This document shows, one piece after another, positions 36,012-46,938 of a stretch of 64,000 bases of DNA. The position numbers and the translations under genes were made by a program. The DNA is taken from positions 64,001 through 128,000 of the forward strand of contig CAVRZA010000002.1 in NCBI GenBank assembly GCA_963725665.1, in the 5' to 3' direction. Origin of the DNA: an uncultured Actinomycetes bacterium. Its GTDB lineage: Bacteria > Actinomycetota > Thermoleophilia > UBA2241. Each line of letters begins with the position of its first letter. Within the stretch, counting starts at the first letter, position 1. The notes beneath the pieces were generated by a model. It did no database searches. It had not been told where the DNA came from and saw only the letters and a list, made by a program, of their open reading frames with translations.

Positions 36012-37127
36012 GTGAGCCCCGAGAAGAAGCGACCGGACAAGGACGCCGAGGCGAGGGCGGCTGATCAGGCGGCCGGCGAGCCGGCCGCCGGCGAGGACTC
36101 AGCCGAGTCGTCGGCGCCCCAAGCCGAGGTGGACGAGACTGCCGCCCCCGCAACCGAGGAGGCCGCAGCCGACAAGCCGAAGCGTGCGCGCGCCAAGGCG
36201 GCCAAGGCCGGGGCAGGCGCGGCCGATGATGTCGCGCCGGCTCCGGCGCCTGAGGCCGCGAAGCCCAAGGCGCGCAAGCCGCGCGCGGCTGCACGGAAGC
36301 CGGCTCAGGCGCCCGAGGCCGCCGCGGCCGCAGCCGAGCCGGTCATCGAAGAGGCGCCCTCGCCCGTCGCAGAAGAGGCGCCCGAGCCGGTCGCAGAAGA
36401 GGTGACCGAGGCCGTCGCGCCGCCCGAGCCGCCGAAGGTGACGAGGGCGAAGGCTGCCAAAGCGAAGGCGAAGAAACCGCATGTCGAGCACCACGCGGTC
36501 GAGAAACCGGCGCCGGGCCGAGCCGCGATCATCGACGGCGACGGCAACGAGGTCGAGGCGGTGGAGCTCGGCGAGAGACTGTTCGGGGTCAGTGCGTCAG
36601 TCGATGTGCTGCACCTCGTCGTGCGCGCCGAGCAAGCCGCGCGTCGCCGTGGCACCGCCTCGACGAAGACACGCGGCGAGGTCTCGGGCTCGACCGCAAA
36701 GCTGTACCGGCAGAAGGGCACGGGCCGGGCGCGCGTCGGGTCGGCCAAGTCGCCGACGCGTACCCACGGCGGTACCGCCTTCGGCCCCAAGCCGCGCGAC
36801 TACGACATCAAGGTGAATCGCAAGGTGCGCCGCAAGGCGCTGGCCATGGCGCTCTCCGACCGCGCAGCCGGCGGCGACATCTACGTCGCGCGCGACCTTG
36901 CCCTCGATGCGCCAAGCACGGGCCGGGCGAACGACTTCCTCGCGGGGCTCGACATCCCGGTGCCCGTGCTTGTGGTGACAGACGATGAGCCGGTCGTGAC
37001 GAAGTCGGTGCGCAACCTGCACTACGCGGAGCCAGCCGACGTGCGCACCCTGTCCACCGAGCAGGTGCTGCGCGCCCGCTCGCTCGTGCTGACCGCGAAG
37101 GCGTTCGCCGTCCTCAACGAGGCGTGA
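36012..37127 (+). CDS. rplD: 50S ribosomal protein uL4 with ~165-aa N-terminal low-complexity extension
   Basis: RGTASTKTRGEVSG..KLYRQKGTGRARVGS core in the C-terminal ~200 aa. Confidence 0.95.
   Translation: MSPEKKRPDKDAEARAADQAAGEPAAGEDSAESSAPQAEVDETAAPATEEAAADKPKRARAKAAKAGAGAADDVAPAPAPEAAKPKARKPRAAARKPAQAPEAAAAAAEPVIEEAPSPVAEEAPEPVAEEVTEAVAPPEPPKVTRAKAAKAKAKKPHVEHHAVEKPAPGRAAIIDGDGNEVEAVELGERLFGVSASVDVLHLVVRAEQAARRRGTASTKTRGEVSGSTAKLYRQKGTGRARVGSAKSPTRTHGGTAFGPKPRDYDIKVNRKVRRKALAMALSDRAAGGDIYVARDLALDAPSTGRANDFLAGLDIPVPVLVVTDDEPVVTKSVRNLHYAEPADVRTLSTEQVLRARSLVLTAKAFAVLNEA
36348..36419 (+). repeat. 3 x 24-bp in-frame tandem repeat in the uL4 extension
   Basis: GAAGAGGCGCCC...GTCGCA units encoding EEAPSPVA, EEAPEPVA, EEVTEAVA. 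Confidence 0.8.
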
Positions 37128-37417
37128 CCATGATCGAAGCAGAGAAGATCATCATCCGGCCGATCATCTCCGAGAAGAGCTACGCTCAGATCGACCAGGG
37201 CCGCTACACCTTCGAGGTGCACCCGAAGGCGCACAAGACGATGATCGCCCAGGCGGTCGAGCAGCTCTTCGACGTCAAGGTGACCGACGTCTCCACGGCT
37301 CACGTGCCACCGAAGCCGAAGCGCCGCGGTTGGTCGGCGGGGCGCACGGCGGCGTGGAAGAAGGCCGTCGTGACGCTGCGCAGCGGCGACAAGATCGAGT
37401 TCTTCGAGGGCAGGTAA
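37124..37417 (+). CDS. rplW: 50S ribosomal protein uL23
   Basis: IIRPIISEKS, WKKAVVTL. Confidence 0.97.
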   Translation: MTMIEAEKIIIRPIISEKSYAQIDQGRYTFEVHPKAHKTMIAQAVEQLFDVKVTDVSTAHVPPKPKRRGWSAGRTAAWKKAVVTLRSGDKIEFFEGR

Positions 37418-38251
37418 GTGGGCATCAAGAAGTTCAAGCCTACGTCGCCGGGTCGCCGTTTCATGACGGTGGATACGTTCGACGAGATAACGCGACAAGC
37501 GCCCGAGAGGTCGCTGGTAGCGCCGTTGAAGCGCACCGGCGGGCGCAACAGCTACGGGCGCATAACCACGCGTCACCAGGGCGGAGGCCACAAACGCCGC
37601 TACCGGGTCATCGATTTCAAGCGCGACAAGGACGGCGTGCCCGCCAAGGTGGCGCACATCGAGTACGATCCCAACAGATCGGCGCGTATCGCTCTCCTGC
37701 ACTACCTCGATGGAGAGAAGCGCTACATACTCGCCCCGCAGGGGCTGGTCGTCGGTGACCTCGTCGAGTCGGGGCCGACGGCGGACATCAAGCCGGGCAA
37801 CGCGTTGCCGCTCGAGAACATCCCGACCGGCACGACGATCCACAACGTCGAACTGTACCCCGGGCGTGGCGCCCAGCTAGTGCGCAGCGCCGGCACGAGC
37901 GCCCAGTTGCAGGCGAAGGAGCGTGGCTTCGGTGTGCTGCGGCTGCCCTCGGGCGAGCTGCGCCGCGTCCATCTCACCTGCCGGGCGACCGTCGGAGAGC
38001 TGGGCAACGCGGACCACTCGAACCTCGACGGCGGCAAGGCGGGGCGGACGCGGTGGCGGGGCGTGCGCCCGACGGTGCGCGGCACCGCGATGAACCCGGT
38101 GGATCATCCGCACGGCGGTGGCGAGGGCAAGACGACCGCGGGTCGTCACCCGGTGACGCCGTGGGGTGTGCCGACGCTCGGCTATCGCACGCGGACCAAG
38201 AACAAGCCGTCCGACAAGTACATCATCCGCGGCCGCAAGCGCGGCAAGTGA
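37418..38251 (+). CDS. rplB: 50S ribosomal protein uL2
   Basis: [21 protein letters not shown]. Confidence 0.99.
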   Translation: MGIKKFKPTSPGRRFMTVDTFDEITRQAPERSLVAPLKRTGGRNSYGRITTRHQGGGHKRRYRVIDFKRDKDGVPAKVAHIEYDPNRSARIALLHYLDGEKRYILAPQGLVVGDLVESGPTADIKPGNALPLENIPTGTTIHNVELYPGRGAQLVRSAGTSAQLQAKERGFGVLRLPSGELRRVHLTCRATVGELGNADHSNLDGGKAGRTRWRGVRPTVRGTAMNPVDHPHGGGEGKTTAGRHPVTPWGVPTLGYRTRTKNKPSDKYIIRGRKRGK

Positions 38252-38276
38252 CGGGGACAGGCAGTAAGGAGACTGT

Positions 38277-38555
38277 GTGAGCCGGTCAACGAAGAAAGGC
38301 CCGTTCGTCGACGAGCGCCTCATGGCGCGTGTGCTGGAGATGAACGCTTCGGGTCAGAAGAGGATGCTCAAGACCTGGTCGCGCGCCTCGACGATCTTCC
38401 CCGAGATGGTCGGGCACACCATCGCCGTCCACGACGGGCGCAAGCACGTGCCCATCTTCATCACCGAGTCGATGGTGGGCCACAAGCTGGGAGAGTTCGC
38501 CCTCACGCGCACCTTCCGCGGGCACATCAAGTCGGACAGGTCGGCGAGAAGGTAA
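38277..38555 (+). CDS. rpsS: 30S ribosomal protein uS19
   Basis: [20 protein letters not shown]. Confidence 0.98.
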   Translation: MSRSTKKGPFVDERLMARVLEMNASGQKRMLKTWSRASTIFPEMVGHTIAVHDGRKHVPIFITESMVGHKLGEFALTRTFRGHIKSDRSARR

Positions 38556-38558
38556 GCC

Positions 38559-38903
38559 GTGGCGGTCAGGGCACAGGCCAAGTACGTGCGCATCGCGCCG
38601 CGCAAGGCGCGGGAGGTCGTCGACCTCATTCGCGGCAAGACGGTCGCCGACGCCCGTGCGCAGCTTCTCGTGACGAAGCGCGGGGCTGCTCGGGCAGTGT
38701 CGAGGGTGCTCGACTCCGCCGTGGCCAACGCGGAGAACAACGACGGCCTGGCCGCGGCCGACCTCTTCGTCAAGGAGGCGTACGTCGACGAGGGCCCGAC
38801 GCTCAAGCGCTGGCGGTTCCGCGCCATGGGCCGCGTCAATCGCATACGCAAGAGGATGAGCCACATCACGATCGCAGTCGATCAGAGGGAGGGCCGGCGC
38901 TAG
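38559..38903 (+). CDS. rplV: 50S ribosomal protein uL22
   Basis: [24 protein letters not shown]. Confidence 0.98.
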   Translation: MAVRAQAKYVRIAPRKAREVVDLIRGKTVADARAQLLVTKRGAARAVSRVLDSAVANAENNDGLAAADLFVKEAYVDEGPTLKRWRFRAMGRVNRIRKRMSHITIAVDQREGRR

Positions 38904-39655
38904 TGGGCCAGAAGGTGCATCCCGGCGGCTTCCGCGTCGGCGTCATCCACGACTGGAAGTCGCATTGGTACACGGAGAAGGAGTTCAAGAACTACCTCTC
39001 CGAGGACGAGCGCATCCGCAGCCACATCCTGCGCAAGCTGTCGCACGCGGGGCTGTCGCGCATCATCCTGCGCAAGGATCAGAACAACGTGACCGTCGAC
39101 ATCTATACCGCCAGGCCGGGCATCGTCATCGGCAAGAGCGGTTCGGAGGTCGACGCGTTGCGCAAGGAGATCCACGCGATGACGCGCAAGAACGCGCAGG
39201 TGAACATCATCGAAGTCAAGCGTCCGGAGCTCGACGCAGTGTTGGTGGCGCAGTCTATCGCCGAGCAGCTCGAGAACCGCGTCAGCTTCAGGCGGGCCAT
39301 GAAACGCGCCCTCACGAGCGCGATCCGCTCGGGCGCCGCTGGGATGCGCGTGCGGTGCAGCGGGCGCTTGGGCGGGGCCGAGATGGCCCGCAGCGAGAGC
39401 TACAGTGAGGGACGAGTGCCTCTCCACACGCTGCGCGCGGACATCGACTACGGCTTCAAGGAAGCGAAGACCACCTTCGGCCGGATCGGCGTGAAGGTGT
39501 GGATCAACAAGGGCGAGATCATGCCCGAGGGCTACCCCAAGGACGAGGAGCGCGAGCGCCAGGAGCGCGAGCGCGACGAGCGCCGTGACGGCGGTCGCGA
39601 CCGTCGCCGGCCGCCGCGCCAGGGTGACTCGAGAGGGCCCAGGACGCAGAGGTAG
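38903..39655 (+). CDS. rpsC: 30S ribosomal protein uS3
   Basis: [21 protein letters not shown]; Arg/Glu-rich C-terminal tail. Confidence 0.98.
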   Translation: MGQKVHPGGFRVGVIHDWKSHWYTEKEFKNYLSEDERIRSHILRKLSHAGLSRIILRKDQNNVTVDIYTARPGIVIGKSGSEVDALRKEIHAMTRKNAQVNIIEVKRPELDAVLVAQSIAEQLENRVSFRRAMKRALTSAIRSGAAGMRVRCSGRLGGAEMARSESYSEGRVPLHTLRADIDYGFKEAKTTFGRIGVKVWINKGEIMPEGYPKDEERERQERERDERRDGGRDRRRPPRQGDSRGPRTQR

Positions 39656-39667
39656 GGTCGAGGACAG

Positions 39668-40093
39668 ATGCTCCTGCCGAAACGAGTCAAGCACAGAAAA
39701 GAGCAGCGCGGACGCATGAGCGGCGTCGCCAAGGGCGGCACCGAGGTGCAGTTCGGCGAGTACGGGCTGAAGGCCCTCGAGGCGGGCTGGGTGACCAACC
39801 GCCAGATCGAGGCCGCCCGTATCGCCATGACCCGCTACATGAAGCGCGGCGGCAAGGTGTGGATCAATATCTTCCCGCACAAGCCGGTGACGGCGAAGCC
39901 GGCCGAGACGCGTATGGGCGGCGGCAAGGGTTCGCCCGACAAGTGGGTGGCCGTGGTCAAGCCGGGCAAGGTGATGTTCGAGCTGGCCGGCGTGACCGAG
40001 CCGGTGGCCCGCGAGGCCATGCGTCTGGCGATGCACAAGCTCCCCATCAGGAGCAAGTTCGTGACCAGGGAGGGTGACCTCTTTGAAAGCTAG
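39668..40093 (+). CDS. rplP: 50S ribosomal protein uL16
   Basis: [18 protein letters not shown]. Confidence 0.98.
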   Translation: MLLPKRVKHRKEQRGRMSGVAKGGTEVQFGEYGLKALEAGWVTNRQIEAARIAMTRYMKRGGKVWINIFPHKPVTAKPAETRMGGGKGSPDKWVAVVKPGKVMFELAGVTEPVAREAMRLAMHKLPIRSKFVTREGDLFES

Positions 40094-40298
40094 GCAGCTA
40101 CGAGAGCTCTCCGACGACGAGCTGGCCCTGCGGCTGCGTGACACCCGCAAGGAACTCTTCAACCTGCGTTTCCAGCATGCCACGGGGCAGCTCGACAATC
40201 CCCACAAACTGGCGCTGACGCGGCGCGAGATCGCCCGCCTGCTCACGATGCAGAGCGAGCGTGAGAGCGAGCGTCGGGCCGCTGGCGGTGAGGTCTGA
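40083..40298 (+). CDS. rpmC: 50S ribosomal protein uL29
   Basis: [15 protein letters not shown]; TTG start after SD GGAGGG. Confidence 0.96.
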   Translation: MKARQLRELSDDELALRLRDTRKELFNLRFQHATGQLDNPHKLALTRREIARLLTMQSERESERRAAGGEV

Positions 40299-40777
40299 TG
40301 GCCGAGAAGAAGACGACGACGACTACGAGCAAGTCTTCGCGGCCGGCGAAGACCGCGGCCGCGGCGGCGAAGAAGTCGGCGGCGGCGAAGAAGCCAGCGG
40401 CCGCGAAGAAGCCGGCCGCGAAGCGGACGACCAAGAAGGCCGACGCCCCCGCGGTGGCGGCCAAGACGACGAAGAAGATGACGGCGGCACGGGCGAAGAC
40501 GAAGTCCGAGCGTCCGGTGCCGGTGCGGGTGCCGGGTCGCAAGGAACGCCGCGGGGTCGTGGTGAGCAGCGCCATGGATAAGACCGTCGTCGTGCGTATC
40601 GACACCATCAGGGTGCACGACCGCTACGGCAAGGTGGTACGGCGTTCGCGCAAGCTGCACGTGCACGACGAGCACAACGCGGCGGGCGTGGGCGATCTGG
40701 TGCGCGTGGTCGAGTCGCGTCCGCTGTCGGCGACGAAGCGCTGGCGACTGCTGGAGATCCTCGAGAAAGCGAAGTGA
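40298..40777 (+). CDS. rpsQ: 30S ribosomal protein uS17 with ~75-aa Lys/Ala-rich N-terminal extension
   Basis: [25 protein letters not shown] core. Confidence 0.96.
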   Translation: MAEKKTTTTTSKSSRPAKTAAAAAKKSAAAKKPAAAKKPAAKRTTKKADAPAVAAKTTKKMTAARAKTKSERPVPVRVPGRKERRGVVVSSAMDKTVVVRIDTIRVHDRYGKVVRRSRKLHVHDEHNAAGVGDLVRVVESRPLSATKRWRLLEILEKAK

Positions 40778-40799
40778 GCACGGCGGGCGAGGGACGAGG

Positions 40800-41168
40800 A
40801 TGATCCAGGTCGAATCGAGACTCCGGGTAGCGGACAACACGGGTGCCCGTGAGATCCTCTGCATCCGCATCCGCGGCGGCTCGCGGCGTCGCTACGCTCA
40901 CGTCGGCGACGTGATCGTCGCCGCCGTGAAGTCGGCGACGCCGGGCGGCAGCGTGAAGAAAGGCGACGTGGTGAACGCCGTGGTGGTGCGCACGAAGAAG
41001 GAGTTCGGGCGCAAGGACGGCACCTACATCGCCTTTGACGAGAATGCCGCCGTGCTGATCGACAACCAGAACAACCCGCGCGGCACGCGCATCTTCGGGC
41101 CGGTCGCCCGAGAGCTGCGCGAAAAGAACTTCATGAAGATCGTGTCGCTCGCCCCCGAAGTCCTTTAG
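40800..41168 (+). CDS. rplN: 50S ribosomal protein uL14
   Basis: [26 protein letters not shown]. Confidence 0.99.
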   Translation: MIQVESRLRVADNTGAREILCIRIRGGSRRRYAHVGDVIVAAVKSATPGGSVKKGDVVNAVVVRTKKEFGRKDGTYIAFDENAAVLIDNQNNPRGTRIFGPVARELREKNFMKIVSLAPEVL

Positions 41169-41209
41169 TCGGGCGAGCGAAGAGAGGCGAGGGAAAGACC
41201 CGAAGCGAC

Positions 41210-41545
41210 ATGGCGAAGGCGAAGATCCACAAGGGCGACCAGGTGATGGTCATCAGCGGCAAGGAGGCCGGCAAGACCGGCAAGGTGCTGCGTATCGACC
41301 CCGACAAGGGACGGCTGGTCGTCGAGCGGCTCAACATGATGCGCCGGCACACGCGCCCCGACCCGAAGAAGAACCCGCAGGGCGGCGTGATCGAGCGTGA
41401 GGGCACGATGGACGTCTCGAATGTCATGCTCATCTGCCCGGCGTGCAACCAGCCCACCCGCGTGGGGTTCAGGGTGACCGGCGGCGGCGACAAGGTGCGC
41501 GTGTGCCGCCGCGGCAACTGCAGCTCCGACATCGACAAGGCGTGA
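41210..41545 (+). CDS. rplX: 50S ribosomal protein uL24
   Basis: [20 protein letters not shown] motif. Confidence 0.97.
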   Translation: MAKAKIHKGDQVMVISGKEAGKTGKVLRIDPDKGRLVVERLNMMRRHTRPDPKKNPQGGVIEREGTMDVSNVMLICPACNQPTRVGFRVTGGGDKVRVCRRGNCSSDIDKA

Positions 41546-41555
41546 GGGCGACGTG

Positions 41556-42098
41556 ATGGCGCGCTTGAAGGAGAGATACCGAGATGAGGTGGTCTCGCAG
41601 CTGCGGGAGCAGTTCGGCTACGGCAACCCGATGCAGGTGCCCAAGGTGACCAAGGTGACGCTGAACATGGGCGTCGGCGAGGCCAAGACCAACGCCAAGC
41701 TTCTCGATACCGCGGTCACCGAGCTAGCCCAGATCTCGGGACAGAAGCCCGTCATCACGCGGGCGCGCAAGTCGATCGCGGGCTTCAAAGTGCGCGAAGG
41801 CATGTCGATCGGCGCCAAGGTGACCCTGCGCGGTGACCGCATGTACGAGATGATCGATCGTCTCGTCTCGATCGCCTTGCCGCGCATCCGTGACTTCCGC
41901 GGAATCGGACCTGGTCAGTTTGACGGCCGCGGCAATTTCGCCATGGGCATCCGCGAGCAGACGATCTTCCCGGAGATCGACTACGACAAGGTCGAGCATA
42001 CACAGGGACTGAACGTGGTCATCACGACCACAGCGAAGACCGACGAGGAGGGCCGCGCCCTGCTGGCCAAAATGGGCATGCCTTTTCGTGAGAGCTAG
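41556..42098 (+). CDS. rplE: 50S ribosomal protein uL5
   Basis: [23 protein letters not shown]. Confidence 0.98.
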   Translation: MARLKERYRDEVVSQLREQFGYGNPMQVPKVTKVTLNMGVGEAKTNAKLLDTAVTELAQISGQKPVITRARKSIAGFKVREGMSIGAKVTLRGDRMYEMIDRLVSIALPRIRDFRGIGPGQFDGRGNFAMGIREQTIFPEIDYDKVEHTQGLNVVITTTAKTDEEGRALLAKMGMPFRES

Positions 42099-42108
42099 GA
42101 GCAACTGA

Positions 42109-42294
42109 ATGGCTAAGACATCTTTGCTGGTGAAGGCGCAACGCAAGCAGCGCCACGCGACGCGCGAGTACAGCCGCTGCGTCAGGTGCGGCCGGCCGCG
42201 AGCCTACTACCGCAAGTTCGGCCTCTGCCGGATCTGCCTGCGCGAGCTCGCCCATCAGGGCGTGATTCCCGGCATGACGAAGTCGAGCTGGTAA
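42109..42294 (+). CDS. rpsN: 30S ribosomal protein uS14, type Z
   Basis: 61 aa, CVRC...CRIC. Confidence 0.98.
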   Translation: MAKTSLLVKAQRKQRHATREYSRCVRCGRPRAYYRKFGLCRICLRELAHQGVIPGMTKSSW

Positions 42295-42308
42295 GGGGGA
42301 GTGACGAG

Positions 42309-42707
42309 ATGTCGATGACCGACCCCATCGCCGACATGCTGACGCGCATCCGCAATGCTAACCAGGCGATGCATTCGCAGGTCGAGATACCAGCGTCGAA
42401 GATGAAGAGCGAGATCGCACGCCTGCTCAAGGACCAGGGGTACATCGCTGGTTTCGAGGTCAAGAGCGCGGAGCACGGCGACGTCATAGTGATCGACCTG
42501 AAGTACGGCAAGAACCGCGAACGCGTCATCTCGGGCATCAAGCGCGTTTCGAAGCCGGGACGCCGCATCTATGCTCGCAAGGAGACGCTGCCCAGGGTGC
42601 TGGGCGGCTTGGGAACCGCTATCATCTCGACCTCCCGCGGCCTGCTGACGAGCGCCGAAGCGCAGCGTCAGGGCCTCGGCGGCGAGGTCGTCTGCTTCAT
42701 CTGGTAA
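42309..42707 (+). CDS. rpsH: 30S ribosomal protein uS8
   Basis: [23 protein letters not shown]. Confidence 0.98.
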   Translation: MSMTDPIADMLTRIRNANQAMHSQVEIPASKMKSEIARLLKDQGYIAGFEVKSAEHGDVIVIDLKYGKNRERVISGIKRVSKPGRRIYARKETLPRVLGGLGTAIISTSRGLLTSAEAQRQGLGGEVVCFIW

Positions 42708-42717
42708 AGGGACGTAG

Positions 42718-43251
42718 ATGTCGAGGATCGGTAGAGCGCCCATAGAGGTTCCCGCGGGGGTCGAGTTCGCCCAGCGAGACGACGTCGTGACCGTGAAAGG
42801 GCCGCGGGGCGAGCTCAGTCAGCGGGTGCCGAGCGAGATGCACATCGAGCTGAACGACGGGCTCATCGTCGTTACACGCCCGAGCGACTCGGGACAGCAC
42901 CGTTCGCTGCACGGACTGACCCGCTCGCTCGTGGCGAACATGGTCGAGGGCGTGACGAAGGGCTTCGAGAAACGTCTCGAGATCGTCGGCGTCGGCTACC
43001 GTGCGAGCGTCAAGGGCAACAACCTCGAGCTCCTTGTGGGTTACAGCCACCCGGTGGTCATGGAGCCGCCGGAGCACGTCGAGTTTGAGACCCCTCAGCC
43101 CCAGGTGGTCCTCGTTAGGGGCATCGACAAGCAAGTCGTCGGGCAGGTGGCGGCCGAGGTGCGCGCCGTGCGCCGGCCGGAGCCCTACAAGGGCAAGGGC
43201 ATCCGCCACGCGGGCGAGTACGTGGCGAAGAAGGTCGGCAAGCGCGCCTAG
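42718..43251 (+). CDS. rplF: 50S ribosomal protein uL6
   Basis: [14 protein letters not shown]. Confidence 0.98.
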   Translation: MSRIGRAPIEVPAGVEFAQRDDVVTVKGPRGELSQRVPSEMHIELNDGLIVVTRPSDSGQHRSLHGLTRSLVANMVEGVTKGFEKRLEIVGVGYRASVKGNNLELLVGYSHPVVMEPPEHVEFETPQPQVVLVRGIDKQVVGQVAAEVRAVRRPEPYKGKGIRHAGEYVAKKVGKRA

Positions 43252-43282
43252 CGCGCCGCCAGCAAGAGGAGCGACGCGAACG

Positions 43283-43633
43283 ATGAGCGGGAAGACGGTA
43301 GAGCAGGCGCGCAGCAGGCGACACAAGCGCATCAGGGGCCGCCTGGCCGGCACGGCGGAGCGGCCGCGCATCTCGGTGTACCGCTCCAACCGGGCGATCT
43401 ATGCGCAGGCCATCGACGATGTCACCGGCACAACCGTCGTCGCGGCGCGCTCTTTCGAGGTAGACGCGACGGGAGGCAAGACCGCCGTCGCCGGGCGCGT
43501 GGGGCTGCTACTCGCGGAGCGCGCGAAAGCGAAAGGCATCGCGGCGGTCGTCTTCGACCGCTCGGGCTACCTGTACCACGGGCGCGTCAAGGCGCTTGCC
43601 GAAGGCGCCCGCGAGGGCGGCCTGCAGTTCTAG
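43283..43633 (+). CDS. rplR: 50S ribosomal protein uL18
   Basis: [16 protein letters not shown]. Confidence 0.98.
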   Translation: MSGKTVEQARSRRHKRIRGRLAGTAERPRISVYRSNRAIYAQAIDDVTGTTVVAARSFEVDATGGKTAVAGRVGLLLAERAKAKGIAAVVFDRSGYLYHGRVKALAEGAREGGLQF

Positions 43634-43654
43634 AGTGAGGAGAGAGAAAGCCTG

Positions 43655-44212
43655 ATGGCGAGAGTGAGCAGCACAGAGGCCGTAGAGCTCAAAGAACGCG
43701 TCGTCGATATCAACCGCGTCGCTAAGGTCGTCAAGGGTGGCCGCCGTTTCTCCTTCACCGCCCTCGTGGTGGTCGGTGACGAGAACGGCAACGTGGGCGC
43801 CGGCTATGGCAAGGCGCGCGAGGTGCCGCTGGCGATCCAGAAGGCCATCCTCGACGCTAAGAAGAACATGTTCCGCGTGGCTCGGTACAAGAAGACGATC
43901 ACCCACGAGGTGATCGGCCGCTATGGGGCGGCACGGGTGCTCCTCAAGCCGGCGGCGCCCGGCACCGGCGTCATCGCCGCCGGCGGTGTACGCGCCGTAC
44001 TCGAGCTGGCCGGCGTGCGTGACATCCTGACAAAGAGCCTCGGCACCACGAATCCCATCAACCTGGTGCGCGCCACCGTCGCGGGGCTGCAGCAGTTGCG
44101 CACGCCTCAGGACGTGGCACGACGGCGCGGAATCACCGTGGCCGAGGTGTTCGGCAAGACGGTCGAGCCCGCCGGCGAGGCGTCCGCCGAGCAGACGGCG
44201 CAGGAGGCGTAA
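43655..44212 (+). CDS. rpsE: 30S ribosomal protein uS5
   Basis: [22 protein letters not shown]. Confidence 0.99.
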   Translation: MARVSSTEAVELKERVVDINRVAKVVKGGRRFSFTALVVVGDENGNVGAGYGKAREVPLAIQKAILDAKKNMFRVARYKKTITHEVIGRYGAARVLLKPAAPGTGVIAAGGVRAVLELAGVRDILTKSLGTTNPINLVRATVAGLQQLRTPQDVARRRGITVAEVFGKTVEPAGEASAEQTAQEA

Positions 44213-44215
44213 GCC

Positions 44216-44410
44216 GTGCCGACCCGTCTTGAGATCAAGCAGGTCAAGAGCGAGATCGGCACGCCGCGCGACCACCGCGGCACGCTGCGTGCGCTCGGCC
44301 TCAAGCGCATGAACCACACGGTCGTGCACGACGACACGCCGGTGGTGAGGGGGATGGTGCGCAAGGTGGCGTACCTCCTCGAAGTCCGTGAAGTGACGAC
44401 GAAGACGTAA
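44216..44410 (+). CDS. rpmD: 50S ribosomal protein uL30
   Basis: TLRALGLKR, RGMVRKV. Confidence 0.96.
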   Translation: MPTRLEIKQVKSEIGTPRDHRGTLRALGLKRMNHTVVHDDTPVVRGMVRKVAYLLEVREVTTKT

Positions 44411-44412
44411 TC

Positions 44413-44889
44413 ATGGCAGAGCTTGGACTCCATAACCTGCGCCCCAACCCTGGATCCACGGGGCAGACGAAACGACTCGGGCGCGGCAAGGGCAGCGGAC
44501 AGGGCAAGACCGCCGGCCGCGGCCACAAGGGCTACAACGCCCGGTCGGGTGGCGGTGTGCGGCCCGGCTACGAGGGCGGACAGATGCCGATCTACATGCG
44601 CCTGGGCAAGCTCCGCGGGCCGCACATGAAGAAGAGCATGCCGATAGGCCCCTTCCGCACCTATATGGTACCGGTGAACGTCGGTCGTCTGGCGAAGGCC
44701 TTCGCCGCTGGCGCCGAGGTCACGCCGGAGGCACTCGTCGAGAAACGCATCGTGAAGAACACGCGCACGCCGATCAAGATCCTTGGCGGCGGCGACATCG
44801 ATGTCGCCCTGACAGTGAAGATGCACAGGTTCTCGCAGGCGGCGGCGGACAAGATCGCGGCCGCCGGCGGCACCGTCGAGCTGCTCTGA
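44413..44889 (+). CDS. rplO: 50S ribosomal protein uL15
   Basis: GRGKGSGQGKTAGRGHKG, EGGQMP. Confidence 0.98.
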   Translation: MAELGLHNLRPNPGSTGQTKRLGRGKGSGQGKTAGRGHKGYNARSGGGVRPGYEGGQMPIYMRLGKLRGPHMKKSMPIGPFRTYMVPVNVGRLAKAFAAGAEVTPEALVEKRIVKNTRTPIKILGGGDIDVALTVKMHRFSQAAADKIAAAGGTVELL

Positions 44890-44950
44890 CGCGAGCGGTA
44901 TCGGCGGCCGCGAGCGGGGCTGGTAGCACGAGAGCGAGGTTCGAAGTCAC

Positions 44951-46210
44951 GTGAACAACAAGCTGTGGCAGTCGCTCGCAAACTCCTGGAAGATCCCCGA
45001 CCTGCGCAAGAAGGTCCTCTTCACCGCGGGCATTCTGGCCATCTATCGTTTCGGCTGCTACGTGCCTGTGCCGGGCGTCGATGTGCAGGCGTTGACCGAC
45101 TTCTTCAAGAGCGGGGCGGGGGGCGTGCTGGGCTTCCTCGACCTCTTCTCGGGAGGCGCCCTCGGCAAGGTCGCGGTGTTCGCTCTGGGCATCATGCCCT
45201 ACATCACGGCCTCGATCATCATGCAGCTCCTGACCGTCGTCATCCCCAAGCTCGAGGCGCTGGCCAAGGAGGGCGAGCAGGGGCAGAAGCAGATCACGAA
45301 GTACACCCGCTACCTCACCGTGATCCTTTCGCTCGTGCAGTCGATGGGGTACATCGCGCTCTTCCGCAACTACGGCGCCTTGCCGAACCTCGACGTGGTG
45401 CACGCGGCGCTCATCGTCGTCGCGCTGACTGCGGGCGCCACCGGCGTGATGTGGCTCGGTGAGCTGATCACGGCGCGCGGCATCGGCAACGGCATGTCGA
45501 TCCTGATCTTCATCAGCATTGTCTCGCGCCTGCCCTCGGGCCTTGTGAAGCTGAGCTCCATGAGCCCGGTCTCCATCGTCGCTATCACGATTATCGCTCT
45601 CGCCGTCGTGGTCGGCGTGATCTTCATCACGACCGGCGAGCGCCGCGTGCCGGTGCAGTACGCCAAACGCGTCGTGGGCCGACGCATGATGGGCGGCACG
45701 AGCACGTTCATCCCGCTCAAGGTCAATATGGCCGGCGTGATCCCGGTCATCTTCGCCTCGTCGATGATGATGATCCCGCCCACCATAGCGCAGTTCCTCT
45801 CGGGCTCGACGACGAGCTGGTTCGCACGCTTCTTCGGGCCCAGCTCGTGGCCGTACATCATCGGTGAAGCGCTCCTCATCATCCTCTTCACGTACTTCTA
45901 CACGGCGGTGACCTTCAACCCGATCGACCAGGCCGACAACCTCAAGAAGTACGGCGGCTTCGTGCCCGGCGTGCGTCCCGGGCGACCGACTGCCGAGTAT
46001 CTCGACCGCATCCTCACGCGGCTCACCTTCCCGGGCGCTCTCTTCCTCGCGGCGGTCGCGGTGCTGCCGTACATCCTGTTCAAGTACATGAACGTGAGCT
46101 TCTACTTCGGCGGCACGTCGCTTCTGATCGTGGTCGGCGTCGCCCTCGACACGATGCGCCAGATGGAAGCGCAGCTGCTGATGCGTCACTACGAGGGTTT
46201 CCTCAAGTGA
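44951..46210 (+). CDS. secY: Preprotein translocase SecY
   Basis: FALGIMPYITASII, GIGNGMS, PGVRPG, FGGTSLLIVVGV. Confidence 0.99.
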   Translation: MNNKLWQSLANSWKIPDLRKKVLFTAGILAIYRFGCYVPVPGVDVQALTDFFKSGAGGVLGFLDLFSGGALGKVAVFALGIMPYITASIIMQLLTVVIPKLEALAKEGEQGQKQITKYTRYLTVILSLVQSMGYIALFRNYGALPNLDVVHAALIVVALTAGATGVMWLGELITARGIGNGMSILIFISIVSRLPSGLVKLSSMSPVSIVAITIIALAVVVGVIFITTGERRVPVQYAKRVVGRRMMGGTSTFIPLKVNMAGVIPVIFASSMMMIPPTIAQFLSGSTTSWFARFFGPSSWPYIIGEALLIILFTYFYTAVTFNPIDQADNLKKYGGFVPGVRPGRPTAEYLDRILTRLTFPGALFLAAVAVLPYILFKYMNVSFYFGGTSLLIVVGVALDTMRQMEAQLLMRHYEGFLK

Positions 46211-46250
46211 GGCGCGCGCCATCCGAGGCGAGCCTGGTTTCGGTCGCGAG

Positions 46251-46931
46251 ATGAGCGAGCAGAACGGACAGCTCAACCTCGTCCTGCTGGGCGCTCCGGG
46301 CTCCGGCAAGGGGACGCAAGCCGAGCGCATCATCAAGCAGCACGAGATCCCACATATCTCGACGGGGGACATCCTGCGCGATGCCGTCGCCAAGGGCACC
46401 GAGTTGGGCGCGACGGCGAAGCGCTATATGGACGCCGGCGACCTCGTCCCCGACGACGTCATCATCGGCATCATGCGCGCGCGTATCGGCGAGCCGGACG
46501 CGCGGAGCGGCTTCCTACTCGACGGCTTCCCACGGACGATCGAGCAGGCGGTGGCGCTCGACGGCATGCTCGCCGACGCCGCGCGCGCGCTTACCTACGT
46601 AGTGCTGCTCGATGTCCCCGAAGAGGAGCTCGTGCAGCGCCTCTCGGGGCGGCGCATGTGCCGGGGCTGCGGCGCGAACTACAACGTGATCTTCAGCCCT
46701 TCCCGGGAGGCTGGCGTCTGCGACGTCTGCGGCGGAGAGCTCTACCAGCGCAGCGACGACAACGAGGACACGGTGCGCAACCGCCTCACCGTGTACCGTC
46801 GTCAGACAGAGCCGCTCATCGGCTACTACGAGGAGCGCGGCCTCGTGCGGCGCTTCTACGGTGGCGGCCGCGGACCCGACGATGTGTTCGCCGAGGTCGA
46901 CGCCCTGCTATCGGCCGCCGAGGCGGTCTGA
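46251..46931 (+). CDS. adk: Adenylate kinase (Zn-lid form)
   Basis: GAPGSGKGTQ, DGFPRT, CRGC...CDVC lid. Confidence 0.98.
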   Translation: MSEQNGQLNLVLLGAPGSGKGTQAERIIKQHEIPHISTGDILRDAVAKGTELGATAKRYMDAGDLVPDDVIIGIMRARIGEPDARSGFLLDGFPRTIEQAVALDGMLADAARALTYVVLLDVPEEELVQRLSGRRMCRGCGANYNVIFSPSREAGVCDVCGGELYQRSDDNEDTVRNRLTVYRRQTEPLIGYYEERGLVRRFYGGGRGPDDVFAEVDALLSAAEAV

Positions 46932-46938
46932 TCGCCCC

